A stretch of 63,408 nucleotides of DNA, filler included, from Octopus bimaculoides (taxonomy: Eukaryota): NCBI RefSeq assembly GCF_001194135.2. It is 6 parts of 5 records of this genome, joined end to end, with 100 filler letters (N's around TTAATTAATTAA, not from the genome) between each part and the next. Parts side by side here need not be neighbours in the genome. Positions count along the whole stretch, not along the records: positions 33,575 to 54,443 come from NC_069006.1; 5 more parts are not named here. One strand, given 5' to 3'. The notes beneath the pieces are model-generated. The model was not told the DNA's origin. It ran no database searches and saw only the letters and a program-made list of their open reading frames with translations. Position 1 is the first letter of the stretch. The number at the start of each line of letters is the position of its first letter. A program made the position numbers and the translations under genes. Positions 39,073 through 53,489 of this stretch are shown here, one piece after another.

Positions 39073-39186
39073 TGGCATGCTGTAACCACAAACAGACTTC
39101 ACTGAAGTCATCAAGGGAACAATTCATACAACGCTCTTCCACACCTTCCACCTCCTTCTTTCGTTCTGTTTTTCTTTTAGCGCCTC
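39073..39186 (-). CDS. Putative internal coding exon (114 nt, phase 1-1) of an unidentified gene
   Basis: tgaaacag|GA...GCCA|GTGAGT; open frame GAKRKTERKKEVEGVEERCMNCSLDDFSEVCLWLQHA in non-repetitive sequence. Confidence 0.5.
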
Positions 39187-40155
39187 CTGTTTCATAGATA
39201 ATTTAAACAGCAATTAAGGTGTTTCTCATTTGAATTCTTTGTAATGAATACACAACACACTTAACAGGAGTAAAACATGGCCATCAAAATTTGTGCCAAA
39301 GTCTGTAGCCAACCAGGAGGCTGCATTCTTCTCTTAAGCATCTTCTTCTATCTCTAGTATTATCATACATTAGTAACTCCTACATATGTTACTGTCGATG
39401 TTTCTGATGTAATTCTTGTTGTTCCTGCTGCTGTTGATAACCAGGGGAAGAGAGGGGGGGGTTAAGATTAGTGCTTTTTTTTTTTTTTTTTTTTTTTTCC
39501 CTGTCAACAATATCATCATTATCAGGGCCAGCACTTGGAAGTGCAGGGACCCAATTATAGTATTGTCAGCGCAGTCCTCTCCTTTACAAAAGCTGAAGAT
39601 TGATGTTTTATGCTTCGTGTAGTATGCCAGTCCCAGTCAAAAAACATTGAGGGTTTGAGGCTCCATCATTAGTTACAATGATATACTAAAACCTCGTAAA
39701 AACGTCCTCCCCTCAAGTGTATGCATGGGGCCCTCTTTTGGTGCTGGGCCCAATTTGAACAAATCTTTCTTTTACTTTCTTTTACTTGCTTCAGTCATTT
39801 GCTGGAGCACCGCCTTAAAGGGTTTTAGTCGAAGAAAATGAACCCCAGGACTCATTTTCTGTAAGCCTAGTACTTATTCTATCAGCCTCTTTAGCCGAAC
39901 CACTAAGTTATGGGGACATAAACATACCAACTTAAGGTGACGAGCCGGCAGAACTGTTAGCATGCTGGACAAAATGCTTAGTGGCATTTCATGAGTCTTC
40001 ACATTCTGAGTTCAAATTCTACCAAGGTCGACTATGCCTTTCATTCTTTGGGGTCTGACTTACCTCCTTCTCCAGACTTGCTGGCCTTGTACTAAAATTT
40101 GAAACCAATATCATATATATACACCCTAACACGCTCGGTTATAACTATTTTAGAT

Positions 40156-40318
40156 TATTCACATTCGACGGATATTTGTCCTCGTTTTGTTTGTTGTTAA
40201 CACAACATTTCGGCTGATATACCCTCCAGCCTTCACCATGAAGGCTGGAGGGTATATCAGCCGAAATGTTGTGTTAACAACAAACAAGATGAGAACAAAT
40301 ATCCATCAAATGTAAATA
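40156..40318. repeat. Hairpin from an inverted Penelope-type terminal sequence
   Basis: ~49-bp perfect arms around a CCA loop, with imperfect extension to ~80 bp. Confidence 0.8.
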
Positions 40319-40814
40319 AAGTACATAATTCCTCATCTCTTAAATATAGAACTGTATTACCCTTCAATATTGAAGGCCTTGTACCTAAATTAGAAATCAT
40401 TATTATTAAGGTCATAGATTGGCAGAATCACAGAATGTTAGACAAAAAATCCTGCAGTAGAGCCATTATATTTGGAGTTCAAATCTCACCAGGGTTAACT
40501 CCCAGTATTCAGGGTGTTGACAAAATAGAGTATTCAAGCTGATAAAATTGACTGTTCCCTGCTCACAAAATTTCTGGTTGGCTGGTCTTGTGCCAGAAAT
40601 CATTGTAATTACTATTATCATCATTAAGCCGTCTACTACTACTACTACTACTACTACTACAACCACTGCTGCTGCTACCATCATGACCTTTTCACCTGAC
40701 ATTAATTTAGCAATGTAAATTATTGCTGAGAGCCACCAGAGGAAATGGTTATGCCATAAGACAAGGCATGATGAAACATTAAACTGAATCTCTCTCTCTC
40801 TCTCTCTCTTTCTC

Positions 40815-40881
<67 letters not shown>

Positions 40882-41759
40882 CTCTCTGTACCACTACACC
40901 TTACTACAAGCTTTATATTTCACTCACTGAACTAACTACTAACTTTTAGATAGTATCATATAAAAACAAAAACAATAACAAAAATCCTATCTTGACTGTA
41001 TTAAAAAAAAAAAAAAGATAAGCAGAAACTTAAGGAAAAGAAAAAAATACAGAAAGAAAGAAAATTACCCATATCATGTTAGAAGCTGCCTAGCACTCAT
41101 CAAGCCTATAAGTAATAAATATATATATGCACATATTTATAGGTCTTCAACTATAACACTGGGCTAGCTAAAGCTTTGTGTGTGAACTTGGTAGACAGAA
41201 ACTCTGTGTGTGTGTGTTTCCTTGTCTTGATATTGTGTGTTAAACTGTAAACAAATTTTGATGTTCATACAAGCAGGAAGGTGGTGAGCTGGCAGAATCA
41301 TTAGCACACCACGCAAAATGCTCAGCGGTATTTTATCCATCTTTACGTGCTGAGTTCAAATTCTACCAAGGTCGGATTTACTTTTCATACTTTCGGGGTT
41401 GATGAAATAGGTACCAGTCATGTATTGGGGGGGGGGATCAATAAAATAAGTACCAGTCATGTACTGAGGTTCAATAAAATAAGTGCCAGTTGTGTACTAA
41501 GGGTCAATGTAATCAACCTACTCCCCCCACCCCCTGGCTTTGTGTCAACATTTGAAACCAATATTCATCCAAACAGTGATGTTTGTGTGGCACCCTCTAT
41601 GCAAACATATCCAGGCTAGAGTATAACACTACTTTGTTGGAAACGGGTGAGGATTGGTGACAGGAAGGGCATCCAGCCGTAAAGAATCTGCCTCGACAAC
41701 TGTTGTCTCAACCAGTCAAGCGTGGAAAAATAGACATTAAAATGATGATGGCGATAGTG

Positions 41760-42335
<576 letters not shown>

Positions 42336-42771
42336 GACATATGCACACATTGCAGCTACCCAGAATGCATACAGTATACATACATAAAGATTATACAATA
42401 TGAACATAATACATGAGCACACACACACATACACACACATGTTTGTGGATTTTCCAGCTGTTTCTATGATGAGTACTTCAGCTGTTCTATCCAGCTGAAT
42501 TAACCTACTCACAGAATCTGAGTATTCCACAGACATGTGCACTCTTAACATAATCTTCAGGCAGAATAAAGCAGAATGATATGTGATAAGGTGAACTCTT
42601 TGGATCACAAACACATTAGTTAGTGCAGCAAATGGGCTTCCATACAATAACTTTCTACACAATTTCCCACAGAAGGCTTGTATTATCTTGAGGTTATAAG
42701 AGAAGTCACTTTCAAAAGGTGCCGCACAATGGCATTAAACTCACTCAAGACATCATAATTGCAAAGACATC

Positions 42772-43219
42772 TTAACCATTTCGCATTCAGATTACTGTGT
42801 CAGAGTAATCTTTACTGATTCACTTTGATCCGAATTAATCATGCATTATCTTGTAGCATTGAGATTTCATTGATGTGAATGTATATTTTTTTTATATCGA
42901 CATTATTAAGTAAGTGTGAGAAGCCTGATCTGGCCAGTTTGCATATAAAACAGATGGAATATTTGGGCTGGATATATATGGTCGGGTTAACCCTTTAGCA
43001 TTCATATTATTCTGTCAAACGTTATGCGTATTGGTTCACATTGATTCGAATTAATCATGCATTATCTCACTACATCTAGATGTCAATGATGTGATTGTAT
43101 ATTTTTAGAATAACATTGTATGGTAGGTGTGAGATGCCTGATCTAACCAGTTTGAACATAAAACAGGTAGGATATTCGGGCCGGATATGGCCAGTTTAAA
43201 TGCTAAACTAAAGGGTCAA
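42772..43219. mobile_element. Two tandem TTAA-type MITE copies sharing TTAA at 42987-42990
   Basis: TTAACC(A/C)TTT(C/A)GCATTCA... unit present twice. Confidence 0.75.
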
Positions 43220-43558
43220 ACAATTAGGCCATGTGCACACATGCTCAAGCCGACAAGGGTTGGTCAATCTACTCTGAATAGCAGACAAATTCTCCTGCAA
43301 ATCCCATCCTACCATCTTTAAAAGAGAAGGACACAGTTGTTTGAATTTTATCTGACTTGATCACGCCACTCACTATGATCCCGTTTAGTATTTGAGAAGT
43401 TAACAGAACAAACATCTCATGTTTGTATAGAGTTGCTTGATGGAAGTTTCTCAGTCAAAGAGACAGGAGTGTCACAGCTGTAATACTCGATTATAGTTGT
43501 GTTGAACCAGAGGCAGGACTGATTATTCGTTCCTTGCACACGCATACCTTAGCCTATA

Positions 43559-43944
43559 GTGGAGGCACAATGGCCCAGTGGTTAGGGCAACGGACTCGCA
43601 GTCATAGGATCGCAGTTTCGATTCCTAGACTGGGCGTTGTGAGTGTTTATTGAGCGAAAACACCTAAAGCTCCACGAGGCTCCAGCAGGGGATGGTGACG
43701 AACCCTGCTGTACTCTTTCACCACAACTTTCTCTCACTCTTACTTCCTGTTTCTGTTGTGCCTGTAATTCAAAGGGTTAGCCTTGTCACACTGTGTCACG
43801 CTGAATATCCCCGAGAACTACGTTAAGGGTACACGTGTCTGTGGAGTGCTCAGCCACTTGCACGTTAATTTCATGAGCAGGCTGTTCCATTGATCAGATC
43901 AACTGGAACCCTCGACGTCGTAAGCGACGGAGTGCCAACAACAA
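43559..43944 (+). mobile_element. SINE family C, full length
   Basis: gtggaggcacaatggcccagtggttagg...gtgccaacaacaa. Confidence 0.9.
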
Positions 43945-44374
43945 ACCCACACTCAGTTTACTAGTCACTTCCTAAATTTCCAGAAAAATCAACCAGGGAG
44001 AAACTGGTATATTAATATTTTTCATAGACAGCACTCAAATCAGTGAGTGTATGTGTGTATGTTTGAGAGAGAGAGAGAGTGGCGGAGAGAGTGGAGAGAG
44101 GGGGGGGGGAGAGAGAGAGAGAGAGAGAGAAACTGAAATTTGATATCATTGTTTCTCATGATAAATAAAAGTGCATATTGCACAGTGAAAAGTTATGTTA
44201 AGTATCTTAGCATACTTATATTATTATGTAGCAAAGTACATTAAGTGAAATGTATACCAAACACCATTTAACGTTCTCAGTTCTGGTGTCTGAATCAAGT
44301 ACAGTTAATGATACTGGACTGGAATTTGAGCAATTTCTTGCAGAACTATGATCAAAGGCAATCAAGACATGACC

Positions 44375-44770
44375 ATCCTTTATTTTTGCTTGTTTCAGTC
44401 TTTTGACTGTGGCCTTTGCTGGGTTACTGCACTGAAGGGTTTTAGTCAAACTAATCAACTCCAGGACTTCTTTTTTTTTTTTTTCTTTTTAAGCCTAGTA
44501 TTTATTCTATCAGTCTCATTTGCCAAACTGCTAATTTACAGGGATGTAAACACACCAACACTGGTTGTCAAGTGATGGTGGGAGACAAACACACACACAC
44601 AAACACACACGGACTTCTTTCAGTTTCCATCTACCAAATCCACCCAAAGGTCTTTGGTTGGCCTGAGGCTATAATAGAAGAAACTTACAAGGTGTCACAC
44701 AGAGGAACTGAACCCAAAACCATGTGGCTGGGAAACAAGCTTCTTACCACACAGCCATGCCTGTGCATAT
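44375..44770 (-). mobile_element. SINE family A
   Basis: Tail and head similarity. Confidence 0.8.
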
Positions 44771-45432
44771 ATATATANNNNNNNNNNNNNNNNNNNNNNN
44801 NNNNNNNNNNNNNNNNNNNNNNNNNNNNNNNNNNNNNNNNNNNNNNNNNNNNNNNNNNNNNNNNNNNNNNNNNNNNNNNNNNNNNNNNNNNNNNNNNNNN
44901 NNNNNNNNNNNNNNNNNNNNNNNNNNNNNNNNNNNNNNNNNNNNNNNNNNNNNNNNNNNNNNNNNNNNNNNNNNNNNNNNNNNNNNNNNNNNNNNNNNNN
45001 NNNNNNNNNNNNNNNNNNNNNNNNNNNNNNNNNNNNNNNNNNNNNNNNNNNNNNNNNNNNNNNNNNNNNNNNNNNNNNNNNNNNNNNNNNNNNNNNNNNN
45101 NNNNNNNNNNNNNNNNNNNNNNNNNNNNNNNNNNNNNNNNNNNNNNNNNNNNNNNNNNNNNNNNNNNNNNNNNNNNNNNNNNNNNNNNNNNNNNNNNNNN
45201 NNNNNNNNNNNNNNNNNNNNNNNNNNNNNNNNNNNNNNNNNNNNNNNNNNNNNNNNNNNNNNNNNNNNNNNNNNNNNNNNNNNNNNNNNNNNNNNNNNNN
45301 NNNNNNNNNNNNNNNNNNNNNNNNNACATACATACATACATACATACATACATACATACATACATACATACATACATACATACATACATACATACATACA
45401 TACATACATACATACATACATACATACATACA

Positions 45433-45468
<36 letters not shown>

Positions 45469-45819
45469 TACCATCCTGTACTTTTATTTTTGTTTCAGAT
45501 AGTGTGCATTCATAAATACATATATCTACTTAAATAAAATATCTTTATACTTTTAAGAAAGTATGGTGTGATGAGAGAGGGATTTGGTTGCTATTAGTAA
45601 CTGCATAGAAGCTCAATTATTGGCTAGCAGCAGCAGCAGTAGTAGTAGTAACTATTTTCGTTGCTGTTTAGTCCCCGATGAACCCTGATCATAACTGATT
45701 TATAACTGAAGGTGTTACAACTGTGACATTTCCAATTTTATTTTCTATCAAGCATTGCACGTCTTGAACTACAATCTCAAATATGGTACTTCTAATAGGA
45801 TGTCAGCGTTGGCGTTGTC

Positions 45820-46000
45820 GGCAGCAGCGGCATCTAACAGCCATCTTCCATGCTGGCATGGGTTGGACGGTTTAACAGGAGCAGACCAGCTGAAGAGCTG
45901 CCCAGGCTCCATGTCTGTTTCGGCATGGTTTCTATGGTTGGATGCGTTTCCTAAAACCAACCACTATACCTTGTCCTAGGTGTGTTTACATGACACCAGA
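45820..46000 (+). mobile_element. SINE-like repeat (catgggttggacgg...ggatgc..tcctaa); opposite-strand copy at ~41630-41750
   Basis: Recurrent sequence within the window. Confidence 0.55.
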
Positions 46001-46079
46001 CCAGTACAGGTGCGTTTTACATGGCATCAGCATCCACGAGCCTACATGATTAGGAACACTCAGCCGGAGAGAAATGCAG

Positions 46080-46640
46080 GAGACATGCTTGTATACTAGG
46101 ACAATCGGGATTTTACTTAGCTTGTCAAGTCTTTTCAGGCACAGCAAACCATCAGGAGTCTCAGTCCCTTGTTATCCCCTCTGTGAGGCCCAATGTCTGA
46201 AGATCCTTTCTCACAATTTCGTCCCATGTCTTCCCTGGTCTACTCCTCCCACATGTTCCCTCTACAAATAGAGATCGGTATCTTTGGTGCAACTGTCTTC
46301 ATTCAAATGCATTACAAGACCATACCAGAGCAGTCTTCTCTCTTACACACTACATCTGATGCCCTGTATACCCAGTTATTCTCTCAAATCACTTACACTC
46401 TGTTGTACACGTACACTGACATTACCCATCCAGTGGAGAATACCGGCTTCATTTCTTTCAAGTCTTTGCATATCTTCAGTAGTCACGGGCCATGTCTTGC
46501 TGCCACATAGCAAAACTATTCACACACAGGCATCATACCATCTGCCTTTCATTCTGAGAGAGAGACCCTTGTGATTTAAGGAAGACTTGGAGATTATTTA
46601 CAACTGGTTGTGTGATATCCTGGCGGTTTTCTTATTGGCT
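46080..46640 (-). mobile_element. RTE-clade LINE, 3' end remnant
   Basis: CGVQERRLLWYGLVMHLNED resembles the RTE RRLRWYGHV motif. Confidence 0.6.
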
Positions 46641-47520
46641 GAACCGAATGTAATATACATGTTTTGAAATAGTTAACATGAAATCTGATTCTACTGCGTC
46701 ACAGTAATTACAGTCTCAACCCACGAGACTCAAATGCTACTAAATTTTCTACCGAATAAAAAGTCTACAGAAAGCAACAAGAACAACAAATTATTCAGAA
46801 TTATTCAGAAATAAACTTGCAAAACATTATTATTCATGACTTCGTTTATAAAGTTTATATCCATGTTTTATAGATGCCAGCATGCATGGAAAACGGATGC
46901 TAAATGGTGGTGGTGGTGGTGGTGGTGGTGGACATGATGATGATGATGATGATGATGACGGTGACAATGACAGGCAGACAGATCTCTCCTTTTATCTTCT
47001 TTTATTTGTTTCAGCCAGAGGTGATGGCCATACTGGGGCACCACCATTTAGTGTGATTGCTTTATTTCAAACTCATTTTCTGGAATTGGCTCTGGTGAAG
47101 TATTAAGTTGGACAAAGGTGCCCCTTTCTTTGCATTTCTTGCCACAAGGTGGGTTCATCTGGTGTCACAGATGATAATACGCTTAAATGATTGTTAAACA
47201 TGTCAACATATTATCCTTATAGATCTCTGAGGGTCTTTTGGCAAGGTAGTGAAACACTGCAGACCCATGGGTACCCTGATTTTTGGGGTAAGTGCCTTTT
47301 TTCCCCCTTTCCCTTCTTTTTTCCAACTACAGGCGTATGCTCAGAGCAGGCCCGTTCATCCACACCATTCTTGCCACTTTCATCCACCTTTCAACAAATT
47401 GGCTAGAAGACAACACTTCCCTCTCTACCCTTATTTTTCTTTCCAAGTAAAACTTGAGGAAATTGATCAGGGATTGGCCAAAGAGAAAAGTGTTTGTCTT
47501 AATAATAATAATAATAATAA

Positions 47521-47735
47521 TTCAGACAAATACATAACAAAAACACCAGGACTTACAAATATATATAACATACAGAAAATTGCACTACTGGGCACTGCAC
47601 ACATCCTACGCAAAACACTTTCAATACAGTAACCATAAGAGCATCACAGCAAACTACAGCACATACCCAAGGCACGCAGAGCTGCGCTCGGTCGTGAAGT
47701 GAAAGCACGTTATAAAAATAAAACTACTGAACAAT
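47521..47735 (+). mobile_element. R4/Dong-like LINE 3' end in a (TAA)n repeat
   Basis: QKIALLGTAHILRKTLSIQ* plus 3' UTR, flanked by (AAT)n on both sides. Confidence 0.8.
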
Positions 47736-49501
47736 AATAATAATAATAATTGATTTTGATCTTAGCCATAAGGCCAAGAGAACAAAAGTGAATATGACAG
47801 CATACATTATGTTTGTTTTAATATGTTTGTACTATGGCATGTTTGTTTTATAACTCCTCTCTACGTAAATCTTTCAATTTCAACTTCAACGCAAAATCTT
47901 GAACAAAAGCCATTATTAAAGCTTTAGACAGGTCGTAAAAAGAAATTCTTGAGGCATGCTACTACTTGTTGTGCTCGGGAAGATAGCAACACAACAGTAA
48001 CCACACTTTGTAAATTGCTGGCTTTCACATAAAATCTACATATTTTGGTTTTATTTTATATCACAATTTGGGAACAATAGCAATCATTGGCTACAGGTAC
48101 TGAAAGAGTTAATCCCTGGTTTCTAACAATCACACAGCTTCTAAATCACACAGCAAGAGTGAGAATGGAAGGTCTATGCAACTAGGTGCAGAGCTAATGT
48201 CAAGAGGGAATTTCGTGTGAAGGACATCCATTATCCAATTGTCTTGCTGATGTTTACATCCACTGTTGATATGTATGTGTTCAAATGTTGGTCTGAGTTG
48301 AACAACAGAGGGTGTGAACACTCAGGACAATGTTATAATGTGCACTGGTTTTTCAAATGAACATATGTCTAGTGATCTGAGTTTCACAGTGCTGCAATCT
48401 TCAGACAAGTTGACCCGAGTACTGTTCTCCTTTGAGGGTCATATCACTGTGAAATTCAAATCAGGAGATAGATATCCACTTCAAATAAAATTCTGTGGGC
48501 AACCAGGAGAAACAGAACTCAATATACTAAGTAAAGCAATATATATATATATATATATANNNNNNNNNNNNNNNNNNNNNNNNNNNNNNNNNNNNNNNNN
48601 NNNNNNNNNNNNNNNNNNNNNNNNNNNNNNNNNNNNNNNNNNNNNNNNNNNNNNNNNNNNNNNNNNNNNNNNNNNNNNNNNNNNNNNNNNNNNNNNNNNN
48701 NNNNNNNNNNNNNNNNNNNNNNNNNNNNNNNNNNNNNNNNNNNNNNNNNNNNNNNNNNNNNNNNNNNNNNNNNNNNNNNNNNNNNNNNNNNNNNNNNNNN
48801 NNNNNNNNNNNNNNNNNNNNNNNNNNNNNNNNNNNNNNNNNNNNNNNNNNNNNNNNNNNNNNNNNNNNNNNNNNNNNNNNNNNNNNNNNNNNNNNNNNNN
48901 NNNNNNNNNNNNNNNNNNNNNNNNNNNNNNNNNNNNNNNNNNNNNNNNNNNNNNNNNNNNNNNNNNNNNNNNNNNNNNNNNNNNNNNNNNNNNNNNNNNN
49001 NNNNNNNNNNNNNNNNNNNNNNNNNNNNNNNNNNNNNNNNNNNNNNNNNNNNNNNNNNNNNNNNNNNNNNNNNNNNNNNNNNNNNNNNNNNNNNNNNNNN
49101 NNNNNNNNNNNNNNNNNNNNNNNNNNNNNNNNNNNNNNNNNNNNNNNNNNNNNNNNNNNNNNNNNNNNNNNNNNNNNNNNNNNNNNNNNNNNNNNNNNNN
49201 NNNNNNNNNNNNNNNNNNNNNNNNNNNNNNNNNNNNNNNNNNNNNNNNNNNNNNNNNNNNNNNNNNNNNNNNNNNNNNNNNNNNNNNNNNNNNNNNNNNN
49301 NNNNNNNNNNNNNTTTTATTTTATACAATTCCTTATAATATTTAACTATAAAAATATAGTAGGATGTATTTTTTTTTATATGCATTGAATGGCTATGGAG
49401 GTTCAATAGAGTAAAATAGGAATCACAAGGCATTCATTGGCAATAAATGGTTGAGAACCACTGCTGAAGACTCTCAAGCCACTGATGTAACCCCACAACA
49501 A

Positions 49502-49553
<52 letters not shown>

Positions 49554-50599
49554 ACGTGCTTGTTTGCACATACTTGCAACAAACATCTGTACAGTTCACA
49601 CCTACCGAATTCCACTTACAAGAGATTAGCAAACTGTTAGACACAGTTTGACAGAAGTGCCATATAATGGGATGAAACCCAGACCTAAATATTTGTGAAA
49701 CCAATTTCTTAAACATGCCGCAATATTTGTACAAAAGAAAATTCTTATGTTTGCATAATTTAATCAGATCTGGAAAAAATGCTCTTCCATTCTTTCCGTG
49801 AGATTTTTTGGGGTTTTTTGGGGGGTTTTTTCTTTCTTTTTTTTTTTTTTTGTTAGCAGTTATCAAATTTCATGTTCCATATTAAATAGAAATAGAAAGC
49901 TAACCAACAAAACCAAGCAGTAATTGCTTCATCAATTAAACCATCTTATCTCTTGTGAGTAAGAAATAAATAAATAAAAACTATGTATAATAATAATATT
50001 TATTTAACATTAACTATCAGCTTTCAAAAGTAAATTTTTGAAAAATTCTGACATTAACAACTGGGGTCTAACTGCAGTTATTAAAGGGTCTGTCTTGGCA
50101 GGGAATAAACAGATGCTATTGCTAGGCCTGTTGTTGCACAAGTAATTCTAAAGACATCAATGCCACCACCACCACCTCCACCACAACCATCACCACCAAC
50201 ATCACCACCACCACCTCCACCATCATCCCCACCACAACCACCACCACCACCACCACTGCAGCCACCCAACAACAATGACAAAGGGTTTCTGACAATATAT
50301 AGTGAGTGGGGGTGTGTAGCATGTATGGTGAACAGTTACGTGAATGATTTACAAATGATTTACACTGAAATGGTTTTCCTACTATGGGGACAGCAACCAC
50401 ACTTCATTTCACGTTGCTCCAGTCCACTCAGCTGGCAAAAATGAGTAACGCTGCAATGGACTGGCATCCCATCCAGCTGGGAAACACATACGCCACTGAA
50501 ACCGGGAAACCGGGCCCATGAGCCTGGTTAGGCTTTAAAAGAGCGCAAAAAAAAAAAAAAAGATTTGGAAATAGAGAAGACTCATATTTTCATTTATGA

Positions 50600-50800
50600 C
50601 ACCAGTTGAACCCACCTTCTAGTAAGAAATACAAAGAAGGTCACCTTTTGACCAACTTAATGTGGGTGCCAGAAGGCAGAAATAATCCCTATAACAATAG
50701 GGGCCTTGATAAGGATAATAGAGAAAAACATGTTGAGAAACATGGAACTAAACCACCAGGACGTATACTATGCAGACTACTGTCAATACAATAGAAAATG
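50600..50800 (+). mobile_element. R4/Dong-like LINE C-terminal remnant
   Basis: CQKAEIIPITIGAL frame resembles the restriction-like endonuclease C-terminus. Confidence 0.5.
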
Positions 50801-51383
50801 AAAAACCCAAATGAAATGCTACACATACCTATGGCTTACTGAGTTGCACTCTGTGATGCAGTGAAAACAATAAAAATAAGAGTACTGAAGAACAACATCA
50901 ACAACAGAAAGAGGGCAATCCCTAGATAAGGAAAATCATGTGGTTTTTTAGGAGATTGTTTACTTGAAAGTAGGTGACCGTACAGAGTTCACAAAAGAGG
51001 GGCTTTCAGTGGTTAAGGACATACAGCTGTAAAAACACATTTCCTTCATTTCATAAATATATCAAAGACATTCTAGACATGCCACCACATAGAAATTAAC
51101 ATAAGGCAAATTATATCAAGAAAAATAACTTCTCATTTTACTCAAATTTAGATCTATTTAATTTTTACTACAAAATTCCATGCTTAAATTATATTGATCA
51201 TTATGACTTTGCAAAAACTCACACATATATACCAAAGAGAGCAAGTGTATGTATATATGTGCGTGCAAAACGTTCTAAGTATTAATACATCAAAGACAGA
51301 GAGAAACTAAAGAGAGAACAGAAAGAGAGAGAGAGAGAAAATTCAAATGAAAATTATGAATTACTAAAACATGAAACACATAC

Positions 51384-51423
<40 letters not shown>

Positions 51424-51859
51424 CTATTTATGTGTGTATATTCTAATTATTAAAACATAATTTAATATTTCAAAATGCTTAGTAGAAAGTGTAACAGTAA
51501 ATNNNNNNNNNNNNNNNNNNNNNNNNNNNNNNNNNNNNNNNNNNNNNNNNNNNNNNNNNNNNNNNNNNNNNNNNNNNNNNNNNNNNNNNNNNNNNNNNNN
51601 NNNNNNNNNNNNNNNNNNNNNNNNNNNNNNNNNNNNNNNNNNNNNNNNNNNNNNNNNNNNNNNNNNNNNNNNNNNNNNNNNNNNNNNNNNNNNNNNNNNN
51701 NNNNNNNNNNNNNNNNNNNNNNNNNNNNNNNNNNNNNNNNNNNNNNNNNNNNNNNNNNNNNNNNNNNNNNNNNNNNNNNNNNNNNNNNNNNNNNNNNNNN
51801 NNNNNNNNNNNNNNNNNNNNNNNNNNNNNNNNNNNNNNNNNNNNNNNNNNNNNNNNNNN

Positions 51860-51920
<61 letters not shown>

Positions 51921-52413
51921 TATATGCATACACACACTTGCACGTAAGTGATATTACCAAATATCTAATGGATATGTTATACGCACACCCATATCTGAGA
52001 GAGGAGGCTGAGTGTGAGTGGACGGAGAAAAATGGGTGGTTTTATGGCTTTATTACATGAAAAGATTAGTGTGCTCAATATATATAGTATGAGAAAGATC
52101 AATAAACTACATCACTTCATCAATACTGTGGTCTCTTCATTGCGACATAACTGAATGAATGTCAGTCCAAATGGAGGGAGATAGGTGATGTCAGAACAGA
52201 ACTTGTCATCTCTCTATCATCAGTATCTTCTCAGACTGATGTCCACAAGAGATACCAATGTAAAAGCATGGTATCATAATAATGGTATGATTGATTTATC
52301 CAAACCCAAACACACAAATGCACACATGCCAACAAGAGGCCTTGATGTGGTTGCTCAAACTGCAAGAAATACCAACTAAATTTCCCTCAAATCAAATCCT
52401 CACTCTACCAGCT

Positions 52414-52641
52414 TTAACCCTTTAGCATTTAAACCACCCGTGTTCAACCCAAACATTCTTCTTGGTTCATGGTCAAACCAGCCAGATCTGGTCTCTCACA
52501 CCTACCCTACAATGTCATTCTAAAAATAAACAATCACATCATCAAAATCTCGAGGCTACAAGATAATACATGATTAATTTAAAACAATGTGAATGAAGAA
52601 ATTTTACATTTGACAAAGTAATTTGAATGCTAAAGGGTTAA
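52414..52641. mobile_element. TTAA-type (piggyBac-like) MITE, intact
   Basis: TTAACCCTTTAGCATT...AATGCTAAAGGGTTAA: TIRs plus a TTAA target site. Confidence 0.85.
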
Positions 52642-53489
52642 ATAGGACATATTGGATAATGTAGGCTGCAACATGCAGGGCCATATGGAGAGGTCATGGA
52701 TGGAATGGTTGTGATCATAGAAAGCTCAGTAAGAGTTGACTTAGTAGTATGTAACAGTGGCAGTACCACTACCGATAACAACAACACACACACATACAAA
52801 CACACACTACATGACCTTGCGTGTCTCAAACTAAGGTAGGAAACATATGTAGCCTGGAATTTACCTGCTCCACTCCCTCAATTTGGATTTATATTTACAT
52901 TCATAGCAACTGAAGTTGCTAACTGTGAGCTATACAAAAATATTTTCAGCTTATCAAATTTTGATATGGGAAAAGCCTACAACCTTCGACGCCAATAAAT
53001 TATTATTGTTCCTGGACATTGTTTTTTTTTATACCTATCATGGACTGCTCGAAGCTTCGAAACTTCTTACACTTAAATCCTTCGACCTTGTAATTACATC
53101 TGTGTGTGTGTGNNNNNNNNNNNNNNNNNNNNNNNNNNNNNNNNNNNNNNNNNNNNNNNNNNNNNNNNNNNNNNNNNNNNNNNNNNNNNNNNNNNNNNNN
53201 NNNNNNNNNNNNNNNNNNNNNNNNNNNNNNNNNNNNNNNNNAACTCTTATAGCTCAAAGTCAATTAGTGCTTTACAAGTGAATTTGGTCAACAGAAATGG
53301 TTTGAATGCCTGTTTTCTGTGTCTGTCTGTCTGTCTGTATGTATGCTTGTATGTATGTATGTATGTAGGTAGGTAGGTAGGATAGACAGGTAGGTAGGAA
53401 GGAAGATGGATAGGTAGACAGACAGGTGTGTGTGTGTGTGTACTTGTATGGATATGTTTGTGGTGTGTGCCACATTTGGCAGTGCATGC

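Noticed and set aside
44216-44350. Possible small exon on either strand
   Set aside because: Ambiguous strand, weak donor, and no homology recognised.
48100-48520. Coding-like composition with 60-75 codon open stretches
   Set aside because: No recognisable domain or consistent splice signals, and stops in all frames over the full span.
50600-50770. Hydrophobic minus-strand ORF after an AG (possible TM exon)
   Set aside because: It is the antisense of an R4/Dong-like LINE C-terminal remnant.
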